Origin: Babesia bigemina
Taxonomy: Eukaryota
Length of the DNA stretch: 64,000 nucleotides
NCBI RefSeq assembly: GCF_000981445.1
Contig: NC_027218.1
Coordinates: 1 to 64,000, forward strand
Reading direction: 5' to 3'
In this document: positions 1-11,600 of the stretch, in pieces
Position numbering within the stretch: position 1 is the stretch's first letter
How the letters are laid out: every line of letters starts with the position of its first letter
Translations under genes and position numbers: made by a program
The notes under the pieces: model-generated
The model's input: only the letters and a program-made list of their open reading frames with translations
Database searches by the model: none
Told to the model about the DNA's origin: nothing

Positions 1-1258
1 CTCTACATCGCCCCTTACCCACTCTACATCGCTCCTTATCCACTCCACATCGCCCCTTTACCCACTCTACATCGCTCCTTTACCCACTCTACATCGCCCC
101 TTAATCCACTCTACATCGCCCCTTAATCCACTCTACATCGCCCCTTAATCCACTCTACATCGCCCCTTAATCCACTCTACATCGCCCCTTTACCCACTCT
201 ACATCGCCCCTTAACCCACTCTACATCGCCCCTTTACCCACTCTACATCGCCCCTTTATCCACTCCACATCGCTCCCTAACCCACTCTACATCGCCCCTT
301 AACCCACTCTACATCGCCCCTTAACTCACTCTACATCGCTCCCTAACCCACTCTACATCGCTCCTTTACCCACTCTACATCGCCCCTTAACCCACTCCAC
401 ATCGCTCCTTTACCCACTCCACATCGCCCCTTAATCCACTCCACATCGCTCCCTAATCCACTCCACATCGCTCCTTTACCCACTCTACATCGCTCCCTAA
501 TCCACTTCACACCGCCCCTTAACCCACTCTACATCGCTCCCTTATCCACTTCACACCGCCCCTTTATCCACTCTACATCGCTCCTTTACCCACTCCACAT
601 CGCCCCTTTATCCACTCTACATCGCTCCCTTAACCCACTCTACATCGCTCCTTTATCAACTCTACATCGCCCCTTAATCCACTCTACATCGCCCCTTTAT
701 TCACTCTACATCGCCCCTTTATTCACTCTACATCGCTCCTTAACCCACTCTACATCGCTCCTTAACCCACTCTACATCGCTCCTTAACCCACTCTACATC
801 GCTCCCTTACCCACTCTACATCGCCCCTTTATCCACTCTACATCGCTCCCTAACCCACTCTACATCGCTCCCTTATCCACTCTACATCGCCCCTTAACCC
901 ACTCTACATCGCCCCTTTATCCACTCTACATCGCCCCTCTATCCACTCCACATCGCCCCTTATCCACTCTACATCGCCCCTTTATCCACTCTCCATCGCC
1001 CCTTTACCCACTCTACATCGCCCCTTAATCCACTCTACATCGCTCCCTAACCCACTCTACATCGCTCCCTAATCCACTCTACATCGCTCCTTAATCCACT
1101 CTACATCGCCCCTTATCCACTCTACATCGCTCCTTTATCCACTCTACATCGCCCCTTATCCACTCCACATCGCCCCTTAACCCACCTGACATCGCTCCTT
1201 ATCCACTCTACATCGCCCCTTAACCTCCTTTAATCGCTCCCTAATCCACTCTACATCC
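1..1258. repeat. 22-bp (some 21-bp) minisatellite array, core CCACTCTACATCGC plus a variable ~8-nt tail; runs off the left edge
   Basis: Tandem units such as ccactctacatcgccccttaac and ccactctacatcgctccctaac are directly visible; about 57 units by length. Confidence 0.98.
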
Positions 1259-1447
1259 CTTGAATTACCTTGCCATAATACCGCTATGACCTCCATAAAC
1301 TTTTATAATAACTTGTCCCTTGTCACCCTTCACTTCCCCTCTTCCACCTCTTGCCACTGCCCTGACCATGTTCACCCTAACTCCAAATCCGCCGAATTAC
1401 CTTGTCTTATTAACGCTATGACCTCCATAAACCTTTATAATAACTTG
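1259..1447 (+). other. Conserved cassette leader (GAATTACCTTGCC...ATGACCTCCATAAAC...CACTGCCCTGACCATGT) with an internal ~54-bp direct duplication
   Basis: The same leader follows every 22-mer array. Here 1262-1316 is repeated at 1394-1447, and the leader ATG at 1286 is out of frame with the main ORF. Confidence 0.85.
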
Positions 1448-1491
1448 TTGATACTGACCATTCTCTTACTGATGATGCTACTAGAAGAGCC

Positions 1492-4400
1492 TTGCAGGAC
1501 ATTGACTCCAAGCTCATTAGCCTTGGTCACCTTGCTGGACAGCTTGGCGGATTTGTTGGTGAGAGTGAGAGTGTTAAGAAAGCCGTTAAGAATGCTATTA
1601 TCGCTTGTTTCGACACTAATTCAGACCTTAAAAATGACTTAAAACATCTTTACTCTTCTCTTGTTACTACCCTTTCTGAGTCTGTCAACTCTGCTGGCCT
1701 GTCTGTTGACACCCGTAAAATTAGTGAGCTTAGTCAGCGAGTTACTCAAGAAATTAATGACATAAATCAACGTATTAATAGCCCTAATAATCTTAATAAT
1801 CTTCCTTCTTCCCCCTCTCCCTCTGCTGAGCTAGACAAATTGCAGTCCAAGTTGCAGGCTTTGAAGGAAGTGGAGGAGCTTTGTGGATTTTTGACTAATC
1901 GTAATAATGCGTCAAATGAGCCTAAAAAGCTTTTAGAAAATCTTTGTTCCGGCCTCGAAACCTTCCTCGGCTTCCACCCTTCTTCCAAAGGCTACGACGG
2001 CACTGGGATTGTCTACTCCGACCTTGACAGGCTGTGTGATGCAGTGATGGGATTTTTGAGTGGTGTGCTAAGTGCGGTGAAAGATGATGAAGCAGTTAAA
2101 ACGTACGATAATTACATGGCTAAAAAGCTTAGTGAAGTACTAAAAGAGGTAAATAATAATATTGGCTCCGGGCGTACTGGGCTTGTGGCGTCTGTCGGCG
2201 CGGTGAAGGGGTGGTTGGACAATTATCTCCTTGAATCAGGAACGCGAACTAGTAGAGTCACCGGCAATTTAGGTAGGTTGAAAGATGAAATTGCAGGTAC
2301 ATACACTAATAATGTTGCAGGTAACGCGGACCAGAAACTGGAGACCCAGTTGACCAGGTGGACGGAGACGCTACAGTCCATCGAGCTGGACGTTAATAAC
2401 ACTGAAAACCAATATGTTAATTTATTAGATCATAAACTTAAAAATACATTGTTGCATGAGACGAATGTAATTATGAAATCTGTGCAGGTGTTACAGAAAA
2501 GCGCTGGCAATGCTGAGTTCAAGAGAAAGGTGCAGGCCGTGGATGAGGAGTTGAAATGGCAGAAGGAAAAGTTAGATGCTTCCGTGAAAGATGAAACCGC
2601 AAAAGTACAGAAAACTTTGCAAAATGAATTTGAAAACATTTTCAACGAAATTAGACGTCTGACCCATTGTAAGTGGGAGCACTTCAAGACTCTAAGACCT
2701 AATGTTATAGCAGCTAAGGAGAATTTAGTCAATTTGAATGTGGAATTTAAAACCCAGATTATTGTCGCACTCAGCGACATAAAAGGTAGATTAGATGTGT
2801 TGGATCGAAGCAAGACGTATGTTGGAGCGGAAACAGGAAAATCAAAGCTGCAAGTGGATGTTGTGAACATTCGAAGAGAGCTTGGGAGCATCAGTGACAC
2901 GCTAGAGAAGTATGAGTATGCGCTCAGTGCGTGGATGAAAGATGCAAATAAATTAATTGAGAAAGCTATAAATGTGGCCGGCGATATCCTGAATAAGGAG
3001 CCTGGAAGGGTCATCCGGGAAACGATGGAGGGCAAAGCGGGGCAGTTGAAAAATTGGAAGGACGAAATTGGAAGGTACCTTGAAAGTGTGAAAACTGAGA
3101 TTAAGCAGAAGGTTGAAGCAGCAAATAGGCTGGTAGCGCCGCTTGAAAAGGTATATAAGAAAAAGTTAGTGGATATTAAGAAGGCTGTACTGTCGACAGT
3201 TGGAGATCACGATGATTCTAAGGAAGGTAGTGACGGCAAATATACTGTTTTGGGACTGCTAAACAAGCTGGATGATCACGTCAAGACCGGATTGATTGCC
3301 GCTAGAGATGAAATGAACAAGAAGCTAAAGACTTATATTGAGAATGAGTTGCCTGGTGAGGTGCAAAAGGTGCTCGACGAGCTGGTCAAACCTATATACG
3401 AGATGCGCAGCTCTGAACATGCGGGAGAATTGGGTCTTTTTGTGAAAAATGTGAGCACATACGCTGGGCAGTTCAAGGCGACATTTGAACAGAAGATTGA
3501 AGATATGGTAACGGCGATCGTGAATGATCAGAAAGGGGTAATAAAAAGTTACCTCAATTGGTATGTAGATCGATGTCACAGATGTTTCAATAAATCTGGT
3601 TTCAATGGAAATCCGTCGGATATTGTTACCAAATTAACTCCAATAATTTCAGTGCAGGTTAAGAAACTCATTCAAACCCCTCTGACGCAAACAATCGGCG
3701 ATGTGCATATAGTTCTAGGCAGTATCGGAACATATCTCGCAGGAGTTGCAGATGCAGTCGATGCACGAAAAGTTTTTACTGTAGTGAAAGGTATTGAAGA
3801 TGCGTTGGAAGTGCGGGAACAAGATAAAACTGCGTCACCTTATAAATCAAACCAGAAATATCTGACCATGTCTTTACAAACTATATTGACCGCTATGTAT
3901 CAGGCAGTGAAAGGTGCGGCCGACAGACTTCAGACATTTATTGCACAATCGCAGATTAGCGCGTTGCATACGGCAATTGGCAAGGTACAACAACTTGGAA
4001 GCGATGTCAAGAGGGAACTCGGGACTGGTGGCAACGCTGTATCATCTTCTTCCAACGGTGCGAATTTTTCAAAAACGGTTGCTGCGGCTATTGATAGCAG
4101 CCTGAAGCAAGTAATAACTGGTAATGGAACCGACATCAGTGGAATAGACTTTAAAGAAAAAACCGGTGTGGATGCTGGTCTCATGTCGGATTATTTGAAA
4201 CAGACACAGAAAGGTGCTGCTAAAAATGATGATACCCTCAGGGGAAAGATTGAAAATATCAAAAAGCATTTTGACGATATTAAGCGAGACAGTGAATACG
4301 GTCCAATCACCATAAACGGTATCGAACACGAGGCCAACAATGAGCTTAAATCTGCGATCACCGGCATTACTACGTATGCAGACGCAATAAATGTTGAATA

Positions 4401-7400
4401 CATCAAAAATGCATTAGATACCTTGTCTACGGAATCCACAGATAATCTTAATGAGATCACTAAAGCGTTCTCAGATGCGGGCAGTTTTGTAAGAGATAAG
4501 CTGAATACGTTGCGAACGTATAAAATCGATGATTATCTTAACAAAACAATGGAAGATATCAAAGCTCTCCGAACCACAGAATTGAATAACGTCATCACCA
4601 CCAGCATCAAATCAATTCTTGTAGTGATTGATAGTCTTGAGCAGACGCCGCAATTTATCGATGAGAAAAGGCAACACGTCGAAGATGTCATGGATAAGCT
4701 GAAAAACGAAATTGGCGACAAACTCGATGCCATTGATTCAGCTCTCAATGAGGCTGATAAGTATATCCAGTCAGGCATTGATGATGTCGAAAACACTGTG
4801 CGTGGAGCCAAGAAGCACGCTGTCGAGGCAATTGAAAATCTCAAACATAATCTTTTATGTATGACAGAATATTCATTCAAATCTGTGACCGCTCAAGTCC
4901 GTTCCCTCTTCGCCGAGTCCCACCGCGCCGACCTCTCCGCCCTCAAGACCCTCCTCTCCACCCAGCTCAAGATCATCACCTGCACCATCAACAAAAACCT
5001 CAACACCGGCCTGAAAGGCTTCCTCAAGACGCTGAGCGGGGATTCAATTGACCTTTATGCCGCCGGTCATGATATGGATCGCCGTGTTAAAAAGCCATCG
5101 ACACGCAATCTGCTCGACGAAGTGAAGACCGCTATTGACGGGGCTCAGCAACATGGAGAGAAAGTGAAATCGCTGTCCTCCACATTCAATCACTATTCAG
5201 AACACATCTTCACCTATTTGCTTAAAGATATGGCGAAACATTTCACTTCTCAGCCTGATGTCAATGGAGCCTACACAACGAATGTCACTGCCATCCAACA
5301 CCACCTCACCGCCCTCCTCGACCACATCAGCGCTCACAAACACTTCGACCACCAGGTGCCCGGGAAGCTCGAAACGCTCAAGACATCCCTTACCACCTTC
5401 ACCTCCTCGCACTTCGGCAACGCATCCTACCCCGTGCTCGACGCCTTTCCCCAAAGCCTGGTGCGGTTCGTCGGGGAGCTGGAGCGGGTGTACGTGAGTA
5501 GGTATGAGGGTGAAGTATTCACAGATACGTTGATGAAGAAGAAAAAAGATTCTGATGAAGAAGAAAAGATTACCGATTATGGTACCAAGTTGTCGAAGGT
5601 CTGTCTCTCCATGATTTCCATAATTAACTCGGATATAACTTTACTCAACAGTAAGTGTGATTATCCTTGCCAAAAAGATAAAATAAACGAATACACGGAA
5701 TTGGGAGGTATAATGAGGAAATGTGGATTTGGTGTTTCCACGACAGCCACTAAACAGGACGGCGAGTTGAGAAACAAAGATGAGTGTACGGGTTCGCATA
5801 TTCTTGAGAAACTTGGGCGTGTCACTGCATCGGCAACTAATAACACAAACCTTATACATAAACTTGACAGTCTCAATCAGCATCTTCATGATTACTACCG
5901 CCTCTGCCACATCATGTATCCCTCCAAGAGACAACCGTCCTCCGTGTATGAGATGCTCGTATGGCTTTCAGGGCTACGATGCAATCCCGTGTATGACGAA
6001 TTGCTACTTAATGGTCTCAGTGTACCATTTGAAGATCCGGAAAAAGAAACGAAAGAGGCCGGTGAGGACTTTGAATTTACTGTAGTTGATCCGCAGTCCT
6101 TGTACCTGAATGCTTACCCCAAAGAAATCTCATACAATCACGTAGTGGCATCACTGGAATATATTTGTTCGAACGCTTATGATCTGCTCAGTACGATCCT
6201 TGGTACCGGTAACACCTACACCTTATACTCCGTCGACTACTGTACGAACGCACTAAATCTGCGATATCCATCAGTAGCAGATGACTGCTTACATAGCATC
6301 CTCGACATATTACGCAGAATGTTCCCAGTACTACGTTTCATGCATGTCCAGTGTATGATTGGCGCTGCACAGCACGGCTGGTCCGACTGTAGGTATGGCA
6401 AAGATATCCCATCAGCAAAAAGACCATGTATCGACCATTTAACTGACAAAGAGAAGAACCAATTAGATTGCTTGCCAACATATTCTGCAAGCGGCCAACC
6501 AACGTGTCAACCAAATTGCCAACCAAATTCACCACTGATGAGCTACCTAAATGACTGCTTGCCGGGGCACCTTCCGCATCAACTGACCGATATCGGCTGC
6601 AAAGCCAAATGTTCTACCTGCCCGAAATCCACGCCCGGGATGCCATGTCTGACACCCCTCGGTTTCAGAGGGTTTTCGGGCACCAGCAAGACAGGGAAAG
6701 AGATCTGTAACGCGCTAGACAAATTCTTCGACGACATCCATCTTTCGTCCCTATTCAGCTTGGTACCGAAACCGCCGTCTACGCTGCCCGAACACTTTAA
6801 CTTTGCCTTATCGCTTGTTACGTGTCTCAATTCTACGACGCATGTAGATAACAAACGTAGACTAACGTTCGGAGATAAGTTCGGTGCAACCATTATAGAT
6901 ACATCTATTAATCTATATGACCAGTCAACTAAACTGACCGAAGCACTGCGCAATGCTTATGGTATCGTTCAGAGCAGCCACACCGGCGATCACAGCAGTT
7001 ACGAACTTACACCCTTATCAAGTTTATCCATGAAGAAGTCATGTGTTTATCCCAACCGGAATGTCCACTGTGGTCCTTATATCCAGTCCCTTTGGAATGA
7101 CTCCTATACCTATCTTGCAGAGAAGCATGCTGATCATTATCTTTCATGGGCTCTCTACCTACCGTGGACACTTTATGACTATCTTCGACGTCTATTGCAA
7201 GATTTTCAAAACATCTCCTGCCGGGACTGGGGATGCAGCAGATGCCAACATGGTGGAAAATGTATGCCGGGTAAACACGGCGTCGACTATAACTGTAAGT
7301 GCAGATCGTTGGTCGGTTGTCGCGGCGTCCAGAGCACATTTTATCGTTACGGATTTACATTTGGCAATTCGATGACGTTATTGGAAAGTAATGGTATAAG

Positions 7401-7698
7401 ATATTGCCGTGATTTCAGCAATCAACTGACCAACGTCTTGAATTCCGAATATTTCAAAACACTGTTCGAAAAGTGCGACGAATTCATCTTCACCATCAGG
7501 CAGCCGTTTATATGGCTCAATGTAGCCCTCTGGTCGCTGTCCCTCTTCTACCTGATTTGCGTAATGCTTGGCAGACTGGATGTGCTGCATATCAAGTCAC
7601 ACCTGAGGATACCGTCATCGCACAAGATAACAGCGCAGTCATTATTGGCGGCAGCGCAAGTCGGAAGGCTTGCCAAGATATCGTATCTACAACCGTAA
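1492..7698 (+). CDS. ves1: ves1-family variant erythrocyte surface antigen, 5'-truncated cassette 1 (frame open from 1444; first ATG at 2047)
   Basis: 2068-codon ORF with LCSGLETFLGF..KGYDGTGIVYSDLDRLCD, long coiled-coil-like middle, Cys-rich C-terminal domain (SPLMSYLNDCLPGHLPH), one TM helix and tail LDVLHIKSHLRIPSSHKITAQSLL. Confidence 0.88.
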   Translation: MQDIDSKLISLGHLAGQLGGFVGESESVKKAVKNAIIACFDTNSDLKNDLKHLYSSLVTTLSESVNSAGLSVDTRKISELSQRVTQEINDINQRINSPNNLNNLPSSPSPSAELDKLQSKLQALKEVEELCGFLTNRNNASNEPKKLLENLCSGLETFLGFHPSSKGYDGTGIVYSDLDRLCDAVMGFLSGVLSAVKDDEAVKTYDNYMAKKLSEVLKEVNNNIGSGRTGLVASVGAVKGWLDNYLLESGTRTSRVTGNLGRLKDEIAGTYTNNVAGNADQKLETQLTRWTETLQSIELDVNNTENQYVNLLDHKLKNTLLHETNVIMKSVQVLQKSAGNAEFKRKVQAVDEELKWQKEKLDASVKDETAKVQKTLQNEFENIFNEIRRLTHCKWEHFKTLRPNVIAAKENLVNLNVEFKTQIIVALSDIKGRLDVLDRSKTYVGAETGKSKLQVDVVNIRRELGSISDTLEKYEYALSAWMKDANKLIEKAINVAGDILNKEPGRVIRETMEGKAGQLKNWKDEIGRYLESVKTEIKQKVEAANRLVAPLEKVYKKKLVDIKKAVLSTVGDHDDSKEGSDGKYTVLGLLNKLDDHVKTGLIAARDEMNKKLKTYIENELPGEVQKVLDELVKPIYEMRSSEHAGELGLFVKNVSTYAGQFKATFEQKIEDMVTAIVNDQKGVIKSYLNWYVDRCHRCFNKSGFNGNPSDIVTKLTPIISVQVKKLIQTPLTQTIGDVHIVLGSIGTYLAGVADAVDARKVFTVVKGIEDALEVREQDKTASPYKSNQKYLTMSLQTILTAMYQAVKGAADRLQTFIAQSQISALHTAIGKVQQLGSDVKRELGTGGNAVSSSSNGANFSKTVAAAIDSSLKQVITGNGTDISGIDFKEKTGVDAGLMSDYLKQTQKGAAKNDDTLRGKIENIKKHFDDIKRDSEYGPITINGIEHEANNELKSAITGITTYADAINVEYIKNALDTLSTESTDNLNEITKAFSDAGSFVRDKLNTLRTYKIDDYLNKTMEDIKALRTTELNNVITTSIKSILVVIDSLEQTPQFIDEKRQHVEDVMDKLKNEIGDKLDAIDSALNEADKYIQSGIDDVENTVRGAKKHAVEAIENLKHNLLCMTEYSFKSVTAQVRSLFAESHRADLSALKTLLSTQLKIITCTINKNLNTGLKGFLKTLSGDSIDLYAAGHDMDRRVKKPSTRNLLDEVKTAIDGAQQHGEKVKSLSSTFNHYSEHIFTYLLKDMAKHFTSQPDVNGAYTTNVTAIQHHLTALLDHISAHKHFDHQVPGKLETLKTSLTTFTSSHFGNASYPVLDAFPQSLVRFVGELERVYVSRYEGEVFTDTLMKKKKDSDEEEKITDYGTKLSKVCLSMISIINSDITLLNSKCDYPCQKDKINEYTELGGIMRKCGFGVSTTATKQDGELRNKDECTGSHILEKLGRVTASATNNTNLIHKLDSLNQHLHDYYRLCHIMYPSKRQPSSVYEMLVWLSGLRCNPVYDELLLNGLSVPFEDPEKETKEAGEDFEFTVVDPQSLYLNAYPKEISYNHVVASLEYICSNAYDLLSTILGTGNTYTLYSVDYCTNALNLRYPSVADDCLHSILDILRRMFPVLRFMHVQCMIGAAQHGWSDCRYGKDIPSAKRPCIDHLTDKEKNQLDCLPTYSASGQPTCQPNCQPNSPLMSYLNDCLPGHLPHQLTDIGCKAKCSTCPKSTPGMPCLTPLGFRGFSGTSKTGKEICNALDKFFDDIHLSSLFSLVPKPPSTLPEHFNFALSLVTCLNSTTHVDNKRRLTFGDKFGATIIDTSINLYDQSTKLTEALRNAYGIVQSSHTGDHSSYELTPLSSLSMKKSCVYPNRNVHCGPYIQSLWNDSYTYLAEKHADHYLSWALYLPWTLYDYLRRLLQDFQNISCRDWGCSRCQHGGKCMPGKHGVDYNCKCRSLVGCRGVQSTFYRYGFTFGNSMTLLESNGIRYCRDFSNQLTNVLNSEYFKTLFEKCDEFIFTIRQPFIWLNVALWSLSLFYLICVMLGRLDVLHIKSHLRIPSSHKITAQSLLAAAQVGRLAKISYLQP

Positions 7699-7739
7699 TT
7701 GTATTCACGTTTGTAATTCACTGTAACTCACGTAACTAC

Positions 7740-7756
7740 TCACCTACTCACCTAAC
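7740..7756 (+). promoter_or_regulatory. Invariant 3'-flank 17-mer TCACCTACTCACCTAAC (also at 14029, 21441, 29684, 40204, 47724)
   Basis: Identical 17-mer 37-41 nt after the stop codon of all six + strand genes; function inferred only. Confidence 0.6.
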
Positions 7757-7844
7757 CGACAAACGTAGTCTAATGTCTCGAATTATTTAAAAAGTAACCT
7801 GTGAACTAAATAGCGTTGAGATTATGTGATGATTGAACGACAAT

Positions 7845-7960
7845 GCAAAGTGATAACCTAGGAACCAGGCGAAGTGCTAACCTAGCAACCAGGCAAAGTG
7901 CTAAGCTGGCACGCAGGCAAAGTGTTAAGTTGGCACACAAGCAACGTGGTGACCTACCAC
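7845..7960. repeat. Short array of the 24-bp repeat (CCAGGCAAAGTGCTAAGCTAGCAC type)
   Basis: 4-5 degenerate units matching the long array at 21547-22522. Confidence 0.8.
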
Positions 7961-7977
7961 CTGACCAAGTTGATGCT

Positions 7978-8079
7978 ACGGCAGCGATGACATTGACACG
8001 GCAGCGATGACATGGTCACGGCAGCGATGACATGGTCACGGCAGCGATGACATGGTTACGGCAGCGACGACATGGTCAC
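7978..8079. repeat. 20-bp minisatellite CACGGCAGCGATGACATGGT
   Basis: About 5 tandem units visible. Confidence 0.92.
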
Positions 8080-8095
8080 AAGTGGTGATTATTAT

Positions 8096-8631
8096 CCACT
8101 CTACATCGCTCCTTATCCACTCTACATCGCCCCTTCATCCACTCTACATCGCTCCTTAATCCACTCTACATCGCTCCCTAACCCACTCCACATTGTTCCT
8201 TTATCCACTCTACATCGCCCCTTCATCCACTCCACATCGCTCCTTAATCCACTCTACATCGCTCCCTAACCCACTCCACATCGTTCCTTTATCCACTCTA
8301 CATCGCCCCTTAATCCACTCTACATCGCTCCCTAACCCACTCTACATCGCCCCTTAACCTCCTCTACATCGCCCCTTTATCCACTCTACATCGCCCCTTA
8401 ACCCACCTTACATCGCCCCTTAACCCACTCTACATCGCTCCTCTATCCACTCTACATCGCTCCCTAACCCACTCCACATCGCTCCTTAACCCACTCTACA
8501 TCGCTCCTCTATCCACTCTACATCGCCCCTTTACCCACTCCACATCGCCCCTTTATCCACTCTACATCGCTCCCTAACCCACTCCACATCGCTCCTTTAC
8601 CCACTCTACATCGCCCCTTGTCCACTCTACA
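8096..8631. repeat. 22-bp minisatellite array
   Basis: About 24 CCACTCTACATCGC-core units directly upstream of the cassette 2 leader. Confidence 0.98.
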
Positions 8632-8661
8632 ACCCTCGAATCACCTTGCCATATTACCGCT

Positions 8662-11600
8662 ATGACCTCTATAAACCATCCTAATAACTTGTGCCTTGTC
8701 ACCCTTCACTTCCCTTCCTTCACCTCTTGCCACTGCCCTGACCATGTGCCGCCTAGGGAGCTTGACAAGAAATTTGACAAAATTTTAAACCTAAAAATTA
8801 CCTCAACTAATAACCCTATCAACATCCTTACTAACCTCTGCACCGGCCTCGAAACCTTCCTCGGCTTCAACTCTGAGTCCAAAGGCTACGACGGCACTGG
8901 GATTGTGTACTCTGACCTGGACAGGCTGTGCGATGCGGTGATGGGATTTTTGAGTGGTGTGCTTGGTGCGGTGAAAAACGAAAATGAAGTGACAACTTAT
9001 GATAATTACATGACTAAAAAGCTTAATGAAGTACTAGACACCTTAACTAAAAATATTGGCTCCGGGCGTGCTGGGCTTGCGGCGTCTGTCCGCGCGGTGA
9101 AGGAGTGGTTGGAGGGGTATGGAAAGAGTGTTAATCAAAAATGCGAAGATGTAAAAACGCCGTTGATACTTATAAGAAATGACATTAATAATGTCGAACA
9201 AAAGTTTCAAGAGCAAAAAAATAAAACACTCAGAGACCAGCATAAGGCATGGAAACATATATTAGAGTTGTATCTCGGACACGCTGATGTGGCTGAAAAG
9301 GCGCAAGATAAATTAGATTCACAACTAATAAGAAAGTTAGAGACGCCGGTAACGGCAATAAAAGATGCGGTTAAATTGTTGGAAGAGTCGGCGAGAAACA
9401 AGAAATTGGCGGAGGAGCTGAAGGCTGTCGATGAGGAGTTACTCCGTCAACGGAGAAGCATTGAAAATAGGATGGCTCAGGAATTTAGAAATCTACGAGA
9501 AAATTTGACTGCTTTAACCGAAATGAAGGATGAAAAGTTTGCCCGTCTCAAAAACGTTGTGAAAGAAGCCAAGGTAGAAGCTAATAAATTGATTTCAGAA
9601 TACAAAGGAACGTACAACAATGAGATTGACAGACTTTTTAAAGAGGTCACAATTGCACTGAACGATATCACAAAAAAGTCTGGCCCGGAAAGAAAATGCA
9701 AGCTCAACGAACTATTTGGCCAAATAAAAAAGAAAGTGAGCAATATTGGTATTGAAATTGGCAGCAGCAATGTGGAGTTAGCAGAGTGGAAGGTGGCCGC
9801 TGGAAATGTTTTGGAAAACGCTATGAGAACATGTGAAGATGTTGTTGAGAAGCTAAATATAACGTCGAATAACGATTTGAAAACACCGTTGCATCGTGTC
9901 AAGTTGAAAGCGACGGAGCTAAACGATGCCTATCAGGGTGCAAATAATAAGCTTCAGCAAGTTGCTCAGAAAGCTGAGGCTGCGTTTAAGCAACTTGGAA
10001 CGCTTCATACCGACGTTAAGGAGAAGGTGCCGAAAGGACTTGATGATTTTAATAATGGCGCCGTTGAATGGAATGTTAATGGTCAAATCGTTGCACTTAC
10101 AAGCTCGATTACAAGTAATGTTGAGGGGTATATGAAGGAGTTGTCGGCAACATTTACTGACGCAGCAGCAAGTGCCAGCTGGTCGGGTAATTTGAGACCA
10201 GGTGTTACAAAATTGGTTGGAGCTTTGCAAAATGGTAATCTGGGAACGGAGTTGAAGATATTAGGAGGCGTGCTGCAACAGGCCAATTCGAAAGCTCATA
10301 ATAATATAAATGATGCATTATATAATTTGGAAATCACTCTTAGTCATTTCAAGCAGGCTATGGTGCATTGGGGGGAACTTCCATCTGAGTTTTCGTCTCA
10401 TGATATCCTGAAAGATCTCAAAGGCGCTTTTAGTACCAAAGCTATTGCAGACACATTTAAAACAAATCTAGGCACACTTTTGCAGCAGGCGGCTCAAAAA
10501 GGCGTAGACGAATTGAACAGGCAGATACAGGCAGCGCGGGAAATTACGGCGATTAAAACTGTAGATACAACCGTTGATGCTGTCGTATCCGCAATCGACA
10601 CCAATAATGCTCAAATCACCGAAGCGGTAGGGAATATTGAAAGTCAGCTTGTGAGCATATCTACGATGGTTAAAGAAGAACCTACCAAGACCAAGCAGAC
10701 TGTGAATGATTACCTAGCCGATTTGAAAACCATGATGACGCTTAACAATGACGATGTGAAACTTCTTGCGAAATATTTGCCACCACTCCCGGCTGTAAGT
10801 GTGAAAGGGCTAATGAATATTCAAGCCAAACTTGCTGATCTGCATCGCAGAATCTGCAATATACCTACAAATGGTGACGCGGACACTAAGGAGATCGCAC
10901 GCATCATCAAGTATCTCGAAGAGATCCCCGAACAAGTAGAGGAAAGGAGAAGAACGGCGCTTACGAAAATGATGGCATTAGAAAGCAATATCGATTTACT
11001 ACACAAGCTGCTTGATAATGTGGATGTCAACGTAACACTAGCTGAAACGGACATACAAAGCTCCATCGATAGCATCAACAATGCGTTGAAACAGGCCGTT
11101 GCTAAATGCCAAGCAACCATCTCCTCCGCCTTCTCCACCCTCACCGCCGCCGTCCGCACGCTCTTCGCCGAGCAGAAAAAGGCCGACCTCCACGCGCTCA
11201 AGGGGGTGGTGGAGGAGCAGATGAAGGTTATCGAGGGGATCATAGACAAAGACAAAAGGACCGGAATTAAAGGTCTTCTGAAGGCTGTAAACGGTATGAA
11301 AGTCACAATTATCTCCTCTGACAGTCCTACATTTCCGACATCCACAACGGAACTCCTTGACAATATTAAGAAGGATCTACCTCTTTCAACTCCGTTTACG
11401 AAAGGGCATTTCACGCAATTATCTACCAAATTCCACGACTACTATAAAAACGTTGACACCTATATCAAGGATCAAGTCAAACCTCCAACCTCCCCCCCGC
11501 CCACCAACCCAGCCAGCAAGCTAACCAAAATCAAAGATGACTTCGACAAATTACTTACTCATTTAAGTGCCTCAAATAGCACTAAAAAGTATAATTACGA

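Noticed and set aside
1..1258. True telomere at the window start
   Set aside because: CCCTAA is embedded in a 22-bp unit that recurs internally five more times; there is no pure short telomeric tract.
2100..5000. Similarity of the ves1 middle regions to Ebh, myosin or SMC-type proteins
   Set aside because: Generic coiled-coil composition; the flanking motifs and TM/tail identify the ves1 family.
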